A stretch of DNA of 63,774 nucleotides, the filler included, from a bacterium (GTDB lineage: Bacteria > JAMOTN01): NCBI GenBank assembly GCA_027062325.1. It is 9 parts of 9 records of this genome, joined end to end, with 100 filler letters (N's around TTAATTAATTAA, not from the genome) between each part and the next. Parts side by side here need not be neighbours in the genome. Positions count along the whole stretch, not along the records: positions 40,451 to 51,697 come from JAMOTN010000015.1; positions 51,798 to 55,393 come from JAMOTN010000019.1; positions 55,494 to 57,749 come from JAMOTN010000024.1; positions 57,850 to 59,889 come from JAMOTN010000030.1; positions 59,990 to 63,774 come from JAMOTN010000070.1; 4 more parts are not named here. One strand, written 5' to 3'. Positions within the stretch are counted from its first letter, which is position 1. Every line of letters begins with the position of its first letter. Under the pieces are notes generated by a model that worked only from the letters and a program-made list of their open reading frames with translations, was not told where the DNA came from and made no database searches. Of this stretch, positions 50,457 to 60,550 are shown one piece after another. The position numbers and the translations under genes are program-made.

Positions 50457-51480
50457 CTCCTTCACCTCCTAAAACTTCAACCAAAACAGCAAAGTAAACT
50501 TTTCCCACCTCTGTCGGGGTTACATTTGTTATTTTAACACGAACGCGTTTCTCCAAAATATCTCTTTTAAAAGGTATCACCACCATATTTCCAAACTCAG
50601 TATAAGCCACATATTGGTCCTTTTCGCGCCCACGCTTTACCGGAATCACTTCAACCACATCCCCAACTTTTAAATCTTCCGTTATATTCAACTCAGTCAA
50701 ATCGATAACATCTACTTTTAAACTGCGAGCCATTCCAGCTACAGCTCTGTCAGCTGTAACAACTCGCCCTTCTAAAGCTTTGGCAACTTCTATTAGCTGC
50801 ACATCAACTTCATCAGACTTTGTATAATTTAAAGGATCAACCTCGATAACATCCATATCTTTTATTATCTTTAAAGCATTTAAAACAGCCTTTCTCTTAG
50901 AAGGCAGCTCTGAAAGGAGCGCTAATTCTCGTAGCACTGTATTGAGAAGCACGATCTTTCCTTCTAAAACTTTAAAGGAAAGAAGTACCTCAAACTTTTT
51001 GGATAACAAAGCGCTCGTGTCAACAACTTTTGGCGGTACCACTTCCCATAAATTCGAAATTCCCTCCTTGAATAGCACAAATCCAACCCACCCAATAAAC
51101 ACTGCTCCCAAAAATGGCAAAAATAAAGCTAGAATTTCCAGACTTTTTTGAAACCACTCAACGTCACTATACTCACCAGCAATATTCTTTAACCAACCGG
51201 AAACAGGCATGAAAAATAAATACCCAACTATAGCAGATAAAACCACCACGGCAAAACTCCTAAGTATTACAACAGGTGGATTCCTTCTAAAGTACTTAAC
51301 AAAAGTTTCCATAAAATACCTAGTCAAAATTGAAGAAAGCAACCAAAAAGTTGCTCCAAATAAGAAAACAACAGAATATATATTAGCCTCCATCCAGCTG
51401 TAGGCTGGTGCTATCTCCCATCCCACAAAACAGCCAACAATAGTGGACACCATAACTATAAAGTTCCTGAAAATCTCCAT
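50419..51480 (-). CDS. yacL: YacL-type membrane PIN/TRAM-domain protein
   Basis: Four TM helices; KVVDTS, VLREL, EVD..L, VTAD; G.E..Q.VAY...G.MVV and TRAM V.IT...T..GK.YFA. Confidence 0.8.
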   Translation of the reverse strand: MEIFRNFIVMVSTIVGCFVGWEIAPAYSWMEANIYSVVFLFGATFWLLSSILTRYFMETFVKYFRRNPPVVILRSFAVVVLSAIVGYLFFMPVSGWLKNIAGEYSDVEWFQKSLEILALFLPFLGAVFIGWVGFVLFKEGISNLWEVVPPKVVDTSALLSKKFEVLLSFKVLEGKIVLLNTVLRELALLSELPSKRKAVLNALKIIKDMDVIEVDPLNYTKSDEVDVQLIEVAKALEGRVVTADRAVAGMARSLKVDVIDLTELNITEDLKVGDVVEVIPVKRGREKDQYVAYTEFGNMVVIPFKRDILEKRVRVKITNVTPTEVGKVYFAVLVEVLGGEGDEGKGGNENHSF

Positions 51481-51524
51481 AAACTCACTCCCGCAAGAAC
51501 CTATACTGAATTACTTTATCTCCA

Positions 51525-51697
51525 TCAATAACCCTTTTCCAAAATTTTTAACATGGTAAAATCGTCAAACTCAAGACTATTTTTTTTATCAACCTCAACA
51601 TTTTTCAATTCAATCCCAAAGAAACCCTCAAAAAACCCAACCCAATCTCCCAAAGCATTCTTATCTATTGCCTCTCTTAAAAGTGAAGCAGCATCTA
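51525..51697 (-). CDS. 3' fragment of an unidentified gene
   Basis: Open frame from the contig end (DAASLLREAIDKN...LEKGY*), stop at 51525-51527. Confidence 0.45.
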
Positions 51698-51815
51698 NNN
51701 NNNNNNNNNNNNNNNNNNNNNNNNNNNNNNNNNNNNNNNNNTTAATTAATTAANNNNNNNNNNNNNNNNNNNNNNNNNNNNNNNNNNNNNNNNNNNNTTT
51801 AAGTGAGGTGTCTTT

Positions 51816-52130
51816 GTGAAGCCTTTTGTAGAAATTGAATTACTTCAAGACTCGAATCCTATAAAAGTTAAAATTAAAGGGGAAATCTCCAGCTTTACAT
51901 TGGATAAGGTTCGTGAATTTTTCTCTCAATATACCGAAATTGGTGATGATATACATATAGACATGAGTGAGTTAAATTACATAGACTCCAGTGGAATCGG
52001 CTTCTTAATTCTTGTAAGTGAAAAGTTGCGCAAGTTTAATAAAAAGCTTAAAATCTTGAATCCTTCACCTAATCTTCAAAATTTGTTCAAATTAATACAT
52101 TTAGGAAAGATTGTGGAGATAGTCATATAG
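51816..52130 (+). CDS. STAS-domain anti-sigma-factor antagonist (SpoIIAA/RsbV-like)
   Basis: GEI, IDMSELNYIDSSGIG.L with the phosphorylatable Ser; GAGGTG SD. Confidence 0.9.
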   Translation: MKPFVEIELLQDSNPIKVKIKGEISSFTLDKVREFFSQYTEIGDDIHIDMSELNYIDSSGIGFLILVSEKLRKFNKKLKILNPSPNLQNLFKLIHLGKIVEIVI

Positions 52131-52131
52131 A

Positions 52132-53229
52132 ATGACTGCTCAACTGCTAGTAGATTTAAAATGTATTTATTCTAATGCCAAACTTATAAAGTCATTTACC
52201 AAGAGGAAGTTAATTGCTGTTTTAAAAGCTAACTCATATGGTCATGGAATAGTTCCAATATCTCAATCTGTTGAAGAAGTTGCTGATTTCTTTGCCGTAG
52301 CAAATGTGGATGAAGCTTTGATAATAAGATCTGTATCTAATAAACCTATTTTAATTCTGGCTCCTGTATTCTCCTCCGAAGAGTTGAGAATATGCTACGA
52401 ATCAAACTTTCACATAACAATTTCCAATTTTTCATCTTTAAATTTTGCTTTAAATTTTGCAAGGAAAGAAAAAAAACCTCTTAAAGTTCACCTTAAATTT
52501 GATACTGGGATGAATCGACTTGGTTTTAAGGCAAGAGATTTCTTAGACAATCCATCCTCACTAATTGACAAGATCAAAAACCCCAAATTATTAGAAGTTC
52601 GCGGAGTATATACTCACTTTCCATTTCCTGAAAATACTTCATTTTCACTCAAGCAAATAGACATATTCAAAAGCGTATTAGAAAAACTCAATTTCACTAG
52701 TCCAAATGTTCTAATACATGCAGCTAATAGCATGGCCACGCTGAATTTTCCTGAAGCACATTTTGACGCTGTCAGAGTTGGATTTCTACTCTACGGAGTC
52801 CCCCCCTCAAAAAAATGGCTTCAAAAATTTAAAAAGCTTGGTCTTAAAAGAGCTTCCTCTTTAAAAGCCCAGATAATAGAAGTCAAGCCGCTTGCCCGTG
52901 GCGAAGGAGTAAGTTACGACTTAACTTGGAAGGCTCCTATAAACTCTAAAGTTGCTGTCCTTGAAATAGGATATGCTGATGGAATACTGCGTTCACTCTC
53001 AAATAAAGGCTGGGTAAAACTTAAGGGGCGCGAGTGTAAGATCATAGGTAATGTGTGCATGGATTATACCTGCGTACTGATTCCCCCTGAACTCGAAGTT
53101 GAAGTTGGAGAATGGGTTGAAGTTTGGGGAGAAAACAATCCATTAGAAGAGATCGCCTTAGCCGCAAAAACCATTCCTTACGAACTGATGACTGCCATAT
53201 CCGATCGAGTGGAGAGGAGGTATATTTAA
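52132..53229 (+). CDS. alr: Alanine racemase
   Basis: AVLKANSYGHG, HLKFDTGMNRLG, HAANS, GVSY, GYADG, VCMD, TIPYE. Confidence 0.95.
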   Translation: MTAQLLVDLKCIYSNAKLIKSFTKRKLIAVLKANSYGHGIVPISQSVEEVADFFAVANVDEALIIRSVSNKPILILAPVFSSEELRICYESNFHITISNFSSLNFALNFARKEKKPLKVHLKFDTGMNRLGFKARDFLDNPSSLIDKIKNPKLLEVRGVYTHFPFPENTSFSLKQIDIFKSVLEKLNFTSPNVLIHAANSMATLNFPEAHFDAVRVGFLLYGVPPSKKWLQKFKKLGLKRASSLKAQIIEVKPLARGEGVSYDLTWKAPINSKVAVLEIGYADGILRSLSNKGWVKLKGRECKIIGNVCMDYTCVLIPPELEVEVGEWVEVWGENNPLEEIALAAKTIPYELMTAISDRVERRYI

Positions 53230-53970
53230 TTGAGAGCATTGTTATTTGTAAAATGGGAACTCTCTGTAAACTCAACTAATAACTTCTTTGAAGAAGCACA
53301 AATATTCCTGAACAATTACAAATTTTTTATAAAATTAGCCGACTTGCAAACATCTGGCCGTGGACGCGAAAATAGAAGTTGGATCTCTCCAAAAGGTGGC
53401 CTCTGGTTCACCATATATACAGAATCTTCCTCTCCAAAAGAAAATTTAAAACTCCACTTCGCTAGTTCCATTGCCGTTCATACCTCACTTAATAAACTTT
53501 TTGGCATAAACACCATACTAAAGTGGCCAAACGACATATACTTTAAAGATAAAAAGTTGTGCGGTATTCTCACAGAAGCTAAAAATCAGATTGCAGCCAT
53601 AGGAATTGGCTTAAACCTAAATAACTCATCTTCGCTCACTAAATCTATGATCATTAAAACTCCATCCGATACAAAATTTCAACCTATATCTTGCAAGGAT
53701 ATACTATCAAGAGCTGTTACCAACGAAGAGAAAATCTCATTGCTGCTAGAAATTGTCAAAAACATGAACAACCTAAAAAGTCTCTCTCTAGAAGAAATCG
53801 TAAAAATTTGGAAAAGTAACCCCAATATATTGGGTAAGTCCATCTATTTAAAGACTAACGGAAAAATTATCCACACAAAAGCTGTTGACCTAACACCTGA
53901 GGGAGCCCTAATCTGTGAATCTGACAAAGGAAAGAATATCATCTACACTGGAGACATTCTGGGATTCTAG
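53230..53970 (+). CDS. birA: Biotin-protein ligase, monofunctional (no HTH)
   Basis: STN, Q.SGRGR..R.W.SP.GGL, LKWPNDI, KLCGIL.E, GIGLN; 63-nt convergent overlap with the next gene. Confidence 0.9.
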   Translation: MRALLFVKWELSVNSTNNFFEEAQIFLNNYKFFIKLADLQTSGRGRENRSWISPKGGLWFTIYTESSSPKENLKLHFASSIAVHTSLNKLFGINTILKWPNDIYFKDKKLCGILTEAKNQIAAIGIGLNLNNSSSLTKSMIIKTPSDTKFQPISCKDILSRAVTNEEKISLLLEIVKNMNNLKSLSLEEIVKIWKSNPNILGKSIYLKTNGKIIHTKAVDLTPEGALICESDKGKNIIYTGDILGF

Positions 53971-55393
53971 CTCATTTAGCAGAATTGTCATTGTCTCAAG
54001 TTTAAACTTATCTTTAACCACATTATTTTTCTTCATCTCTTTTACATGTCTTTTTATTAATGTAAACATCGCATCATCAGAATAATAACGTGCTAAAACA
54101 GCTGCTAGGGCAAGGTTATCAATTCTTTTTAAATTTGAAACTTCTTTCCTTAGCAATTCATACGCTTCGCATTCATCACCATTTTTTAACATGAGGACAA
54201 GTAAATTTTTCAAAGCCGCTTCATCTTTCGTTATAAAATACACATACCTTGCATAATCCTCTGCCTTTCTAGAGTTTCGATACATACCTTCAACTACGCT
54301 CAAAAGCTTTAGCTTATCCATATACTCAAGATGTGGATCATCCATAACCATTTTTGGAGGAACAGGTAACTTATCTTTCCACTTTGCATTCCAAATCTTT
54401 AAAAACTCATTAAAATCCACTTGATTCAAGTCAACCAACTCTCTTTTCTCTACCCCTATTACAAAGCCTGAAAAAAGCCCAAAGTCCAAATCACTAGAAA
54501 CTCCACCGTAAATCTGATAAACATTTTTAAACACATCAAACTCATAATCTCTTTTGAATCCAAACAGCACATACTTTGCATCTACAAGACAATCCCAAGC
54601 AGTTATAGCCTTCTTTCTAGTTGGAAAAACCTCTCCTAAGAAAAATTTTGAATACATCTTTCTTATAAAGTCAGCCAAAGGCTGAATATTGAATAAATCC
54701 AGAAGCTTAACCAAATTCACCTCTTCTCCATCTCTTATTGAAACTTTATTCCACGATATATAACGTGCATACGATCTATCATCCCACACTTTTTTTATAA
54801 AAATTGCCCCTTTAGGCTCAAATTCAGAAAACTCAAATTGCTCATTACCCTCAAGATATAACTCGTCGTAGGCTAAGTATATACCTGCAGCTGGTACAAG
54901 CGCCTTTTCTCCCCTATCCAAAAGTACTTGCTGCTCTATGTAATCGCCTCTGTCAAAGACACTCCCAGTCTTCAGAACAACAGCTCTTTTCTTTACATCA
55001 CCAAAATAACACCACTGGGCCTTTCCTCGTCGTTTAGATTCATAAAGAGCAGTATCTGCTTGAACATACGCCTCCTCTAGATTCTCTATCCAAGAAATTC
55101 CTGCACTCATAGTCAATACTCTATTTAGTTTGGGAATCTTGTATTCAGCAAGTTGAGAGAATATATCGTCACAAACGCTGTGAGCCTCATCATCGACTAT
55201 CACAGCAAACTCTTCACCACCAATTCGATAAGCCTGATAAGAAGACAAAACCTCCCCCACAAACTTTAAAACGTCATCCCCTGCTTTGTGGCCAAGAGTA
55301 TCGTTTATCTTTTTGAAATCATCTATGTCAAGAAGTATCAGCCATTTGTACTTGATATTCTTGCCAAAAAATTCACTACGCGTAGGAAGCCCT
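53908..55393 (-). CDS. Diguanylate cyclase (GGEEF) with a long unassigned C-terminal region; 5'-truncated
   Basis: Frame open to the break: GLPTR...LDIDDFKKINDTLGHKAGD...YRIGGEEF...ADTALYESKRRGK. Confidence 0.85.
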
Positions 55394-55493
55394 NNNNNNN
55401 NNNNNNNNNNNNNNNNNNNNNNNNNNNNNNNNNNNNNTTAATTAATTAANNNNNNNNNNNNNNNNNNNNNNNNNNNNNNNNNNNNNNNNNNNN

Positions 55494-56246
55494 ACCACCT
55501 ACAACCAACACCTTTCCCCGAAGTGGCTCAACTTTATTGGCTTCCAGCATCTGCTTTAATCTTTTCTCAACCTCGTCAAGGGCATATATAACTGTTTTTG
55601 ACTCCTCCGCTGTATTTTTAACTTTAGAAGCGTAAGAAATCACTATATCCAACATATTCTCCATCTCTGAAGCAACTATTTTAAAAACCGCTCCTTCCAC
55701 CCCTATACGCGTTGATTCAATCTTTGCATTTATTGAAAGAATACGTATGGTTTCAACAACAGAAGTAATTTCACTTATAACGCTGTTAATCTTAGCAATA
55801 GCCTCTTGAGCTTCCATCTTAACTTTAGTTAAACTATCCAAAAGTTTTGCAACTTTGCTTAAAAACTTCCCCACCATTTTCTTTTCAATATTTTCCAAAA
55901 ACCAAGCAGCTCTACTACTGATAAAAACTTGCTTATCCCAATTTACCCTTTTTGAAAGTTCTTCTTTTAGTCCAGAAACTCCTGCAGTCTCTATAATTAC
56001 ACTGAATTCGTCCAAATTTTCTGGAATATCTGAGGCCGTGTTCACCCCATTTTCCTTGGCATACTTTATTCCAACAGCATTGGAGTCTCTATCAACAACC
56101 AAACCAAGTTTACACTTACCAAAGTTTATTATCTTCTCCTCAAATCCACGCCCAACTTTACCAGCTCCAACTATTAAAACTTTCTCTCTATCATCTTGCA
56201 CAACCGCTCTATCCAAACTTTCTGCATCTTGCAACTTATTCATCAA
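55494..56246 (-). CDS. Soluble Rossmann-fold plus methyl-accepting chemotaxis signalling-domain protein; 3'-truncated
   Basis: VLIVGAGKVG; ILSINAKIESTRIG.EG..FKIVASEM (MCP hairpin tip); second KVLVVGG at the break; no TM helix in the visible part. Confidence 0.7.
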
Positions 56247-57749
56247 ATCTCCACCTCACAGACTTTAAATCATCTTTTCTTAATACTTTACTAAATAAAA
56301 TATTTCTTTTCAAAGTTTTAAAATTCCCAACTAAAATTAACTTTCTTTTGGCTCGGGACAAAGCAACACAAACTCTTCTCTTATCCTCTAAAAAACCAAC
56401 CTCCCCTTTATTGTTTGCTCTCACAAAGGAAACTATTATAACCTCCTTCTCCTGTCCTTGAAAACCATCGACTGTATTCACTACAACCCCACTCTTAAAA
56501 GGACTTGAAATTTTCACAACTCTTTCTTCCAAATACCTTTTCTGAGCTGCATAAGGAGTTATAATACCAATATTTCCCACACCACAGTTCAAAATCTCCA
56601 ATAAAATTCTAATAACAACTTCCCCTTCTATTTCATTCCAAAAAGATTTCGTCAGTTTATCTCTCTTTTCAACTCCATCAACATTGATCAATACTACTGG
56701 CTCATCAGATAAAATGAGGGAAAATTCATCACTTAACCCAAACCTCTGGCACTTTGAAGCATCCATTATATCGCTGAGTACAATATTCATAACCTCTGGA
56801 GCAGTTTTTACTTTCCCATCATAAAACAACTCTGAAACCAAACGGCATATTTTTTCATTCATTCGGTACTGGGTATCTAAAAGCTGGTAAGTTACGGGTA
56901 AATTAAAACCTTGCTTTGTTTGAAAAATTAACCTTTCGAAAAGTGTAAATGAAAGAGGGGCTGCATTTTTAGACAAAACAACAGGAGGAAGCTGTTTGTG
57001 ATCTCCTGCCAAAATCAAAAGTTTAGGATTAGTGACTGAAAGTGGGATAAGTGCCGATGGTTCCATCGCTTGGGAAGCTTCATCTATTACAAGAATTGGA
57101 AAACTTGGGGGAGCAAGATGTAAAGCTTCAGCTTTTCTTAGACAGGTTTTAATCATCTTATCCAGCTCAAAGTCTGCACCCAAAATTTTTTCCCTCTTCA
57201 ATACTTTTAGCAAGTTCTCTACATCATTAAAATTAGAGACAAGCTCATTAACATTCAGCCCCATCTCTTCAAGAAGTGCCGAACTGGAATTTGTAGTAAC
57301 AACAACATCAACAAAATCAAGTAAACGTAGTAAAATAAAACGATTTAAATTCTCTCTCAGTTTTACCATAGCTGAAATCAAATCCTGCACTTTCAACCAA
57401 TTCGCCATCATTTTCAAAACTTTGGCACTCACTCCTCTCTTGGGTGTCCCAAGTCTTGCAAATTTTTTTATCTCCTCATCACTCATCCCTCTCCTATGAG
57501 CAGGCGATGGTTTCAGACCAATTTTATTCTGATAATCTTTTAAAGTTTCAAGTGTAACATCTAATTTTTTTAGAGCTTGTGCTTCCTCTTCCCACGCATC
57601 ATTTTTTAAATGCCATTCAACACTGTATTTCGAAGAAATATGAGCCCCAAACCTCAAAACCTTCAAGCCAAGCTGCGCAACTCTTTCCGCTAACACATCG
57701 GTTGCAGTATTGCTATCTGCCGTAGCCATAACTTTTAAACCTTGAGGTA
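56236..57749 (-). CDS. SF1B helicase (IGHMBP2/Upf1/Dna2-like), C-terminal part; continues from 40451
   Basis: ATADSN, IDEASQ, AGDHKQLPP, LFERL, L..QYRM, ITPYAAQ, TVDGFQGQEKE, RRVCVALSRAK. Confidence 0.92.
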
Positions 57750-57849
57750 NNNNNNNNNNNNNNNNNNNNNNNNNNNNNNNNNNNNNNNNNNNNTTAATTA
57801 ATTAANNNNNNNNNNNNNNNNNNNNNNNNNNNNNNNNNNNNNNNNNNNN

Positions 57850-59601
57850 TGGAACTTGCATATCAATCGGTGGCATATCTCCAAGCACTTTACTGGGAAG
57901 TCTCCATTTGTTGTTACCAAAGAAGTAAGCGGGTAATCTAGGCACAAAGTCAACAATATCTTTTCCAATGAAGAGAGGCATCTCTGCATATGTTGTGTCA
58001 ACTTCAGTTTTACCAGTTGTCTTTACAAATATCATCCCCGGCCAATACTCAATTGCCTCCTCTCCAGATATAGTACTCTTCCACGTTCCATTCAAAAACT
58101 CCTTCAAAATCCCCTCTATATTCAACTTAGAATTGCTCAATATCAAACTCCCTGTGTCAGGGTTGTTAAAATCACTTAAACTCTTTCCCACAGTCGTTCT
58201 AACATTTCTTCTGTTGTAATAAAACTCTCCACTTCTATAGGTTATCTTAGCCTCATCATCATTAACATCAACATCAAACTTACCTCTGTGATACATAAAA
58301 GGCACCCACTTACTGTGCATTGAACCATCAATGTACATTGTGTAAACAGAAGCAGGAGCCTCAACATCAACAACTTTAAAATCCTTGGTAGCAGTAGTTT
58401 TCACAATCATATCTTTTCCACTAGGCAACTTGTATTTTACTTTAGCAACTATAACCAACTGCCCCATTTTATCAACCACAAAACCTCCCCAAAAGTTAAG
58501 CGACGATATGTCAAACGTTGTGCTTATAAAGTTTCCTATTATAACTTCCAGTAAATCTTTCAACGGTATTTTTACAAAACCATAATCTTTAACCACAGGC
58601 ATATTGGTTATAAGCTTTGTAAAGTTATTAGTTGCCTTATTCATGAACTCTTCCAACATTCCCGACAGAGGTCCTGCAAAACTGTTAAAAACATCCTTCA
58701 TCTTACTTTTAACTGCATTTTCATCTGCTAAATCCTTAAATTTTTCATACATATTTGGATCAGCTTTTATATTGTTAACCATATCCTTTATAACCGAACC
58801 AAGGGCATCACTCCCCAACGCACTATCCAAAACCCCTTTCACAGAAGCACTCAAATAACCTCCAACTACCGAAACAATAAAATCTACCATAGTATCCACT
58901 ATATAATTAGCAACTATTGAAGCTACGGGTATCTCTATATTTTCAGGCAGTTTTAAAACACTGAATATTATGTCTAAAACATTGCCAACAAACTCTTCCG
59001 GCTTCATTCCCGTAGCCCATATATTACCTGCTTCTCCATAAATTGGTCGATATTTATCAATACGAGCTTTTATTTCCACATCAACTCGATCTGCAACTCC
59101 CATATCCTCAAGCAGTTTCTTGAGCTGGGGTAAATCATTCAAAGAGTACTCTTTAGTCAAAAATTTATTTGGATCCAATCCCAATTTACTCGCAACATCT
59201 AGAGCACTTATAAATTTTCCCATATTCCTGACATCCCCAGTTCTGGAAACTGTATTAAAATGGGACTCCAAAATCGGAACTCTAAATGAATAGAACCAAT
59301 CACTGTCTGAAACATCTCTTATAACAGATAGGTAGTTTTTCAACGAATCAAAAAAAGAAGCAGGCATTCTATTAGCCTCACGTTGAATTTTCAGAAAAGT
59401 TAGATCTATCGCACTTCTTGCTATATTTTCAGCAATCTCTTTATGCATATCGTTGAAAACAATATTTTCATGAACCTTAGATTTGAAGAGCCCAATACTC
59501 AAAAATCCAGCAACAAGCGCAATCATTACTAACACCAATACCAAAGCTGTCCCTCTATGTAAATTTTCCCTTTTAGTTCTCATAGAATCATAACTTAACA
59601 T
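57850..59601 (-). CDS. Large PilX/pseudopilin-like protein, 3'-truncated
   Basis: RG|TALVLVLVMIALV followed by A..IARSAI, as in PilX/GspK N-termini. Confidence 0.55.
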
Positions 59602-59633
59602 ACTCACCACCTCTCAAATCTGCACCACTCAAC

Positions 59634-59889
59634 TTACCACCTTTCCACTTTTACCTTCCCCATAAAAGCCTTCTTCACCATTTTTTCAAAATCTTTCATC
59701 AACATCGCAAGTTTGGGGGAACTTTTCTTTATCGCTTGATAATACTCTGGAGCCACTTGTTTTCCCATGAGATAACTCAACATTATTAGAATACTTTTCA
59801 CTTTCTTAGCTCTTTTCTCATCTTTGTAAATATCAGCATATAACTTGTAAAGCCAAGCTCCTGCAACATACTTCTTTGCTAGATTTTTA
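59634..59889 (-). CDS. 3' fragment of an unidentified gene
   Basis: Open frame from the contig end (KNLAKKYVAGAW...KVERW*). Confidence 0.5.
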
Positions 59890-59989
59890 NNNNNNNNNNN
59901 NNNNNNNNNNNNNNNNNNNNNNNNNNNNNNNNNTTAATTAATTAANNNNNNNNNNNNNNNNNNNNNNNNNNNNNNNNNNNNNNNNNNNN

Positions 59990-60455
59990 AAAGTTTGGTC
60001 CTGTTAAAACAAATCACATTCTATTTATAGCAGCAGGAGCCTTCAATATGAGCAAACCTTCTGATATCATACCGGAACTTCAAGGACGTTTTCCCATACG
60101 TGTAACTTTAGATAGACTCACCAAATCCGATTTAGCCCGCATATTAGTTGAACCTGAAAACTCCCTAATAAAACAGTATCAAGCACTCCTTGAAGCCGAT
60201 GGAGTTAAGGTGGAGTTTACACAGGAAGCAATAGAAAAGATTGCAGAAATTGCAGAAGAGATGAACGAAAATCTGGAAGATATTGGTGCAAGACGCCTTC
60301 ACACAATAATGGAGAAAGTTTTAGAAGATATATTGTACGAAGCCCCAGATATAGAAGAAAAGATGGTAACTATTACAGGAGAGTACATCACAAATAGACT
60401 AAAGGATGAAATTAAAACATCTGAGGAAAAGGAGATTGAAAGGTTTATAATATAA
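59990..60455 (+). CDS. hslU: HslU ATPase subunit of the HslUV protease, C-terminal fragment
   Basis: [46 protein letters not shown]. Confidence 0.95.
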
Positions 60456-60550
60456 AAATCGCAAACAATTACATACCGCATTAGCTAGCATAAGGAATCA
60501 ATCTAGATAAACAATAATTTTGCAACTATGGCAGTATCTTTTTAATTTTT

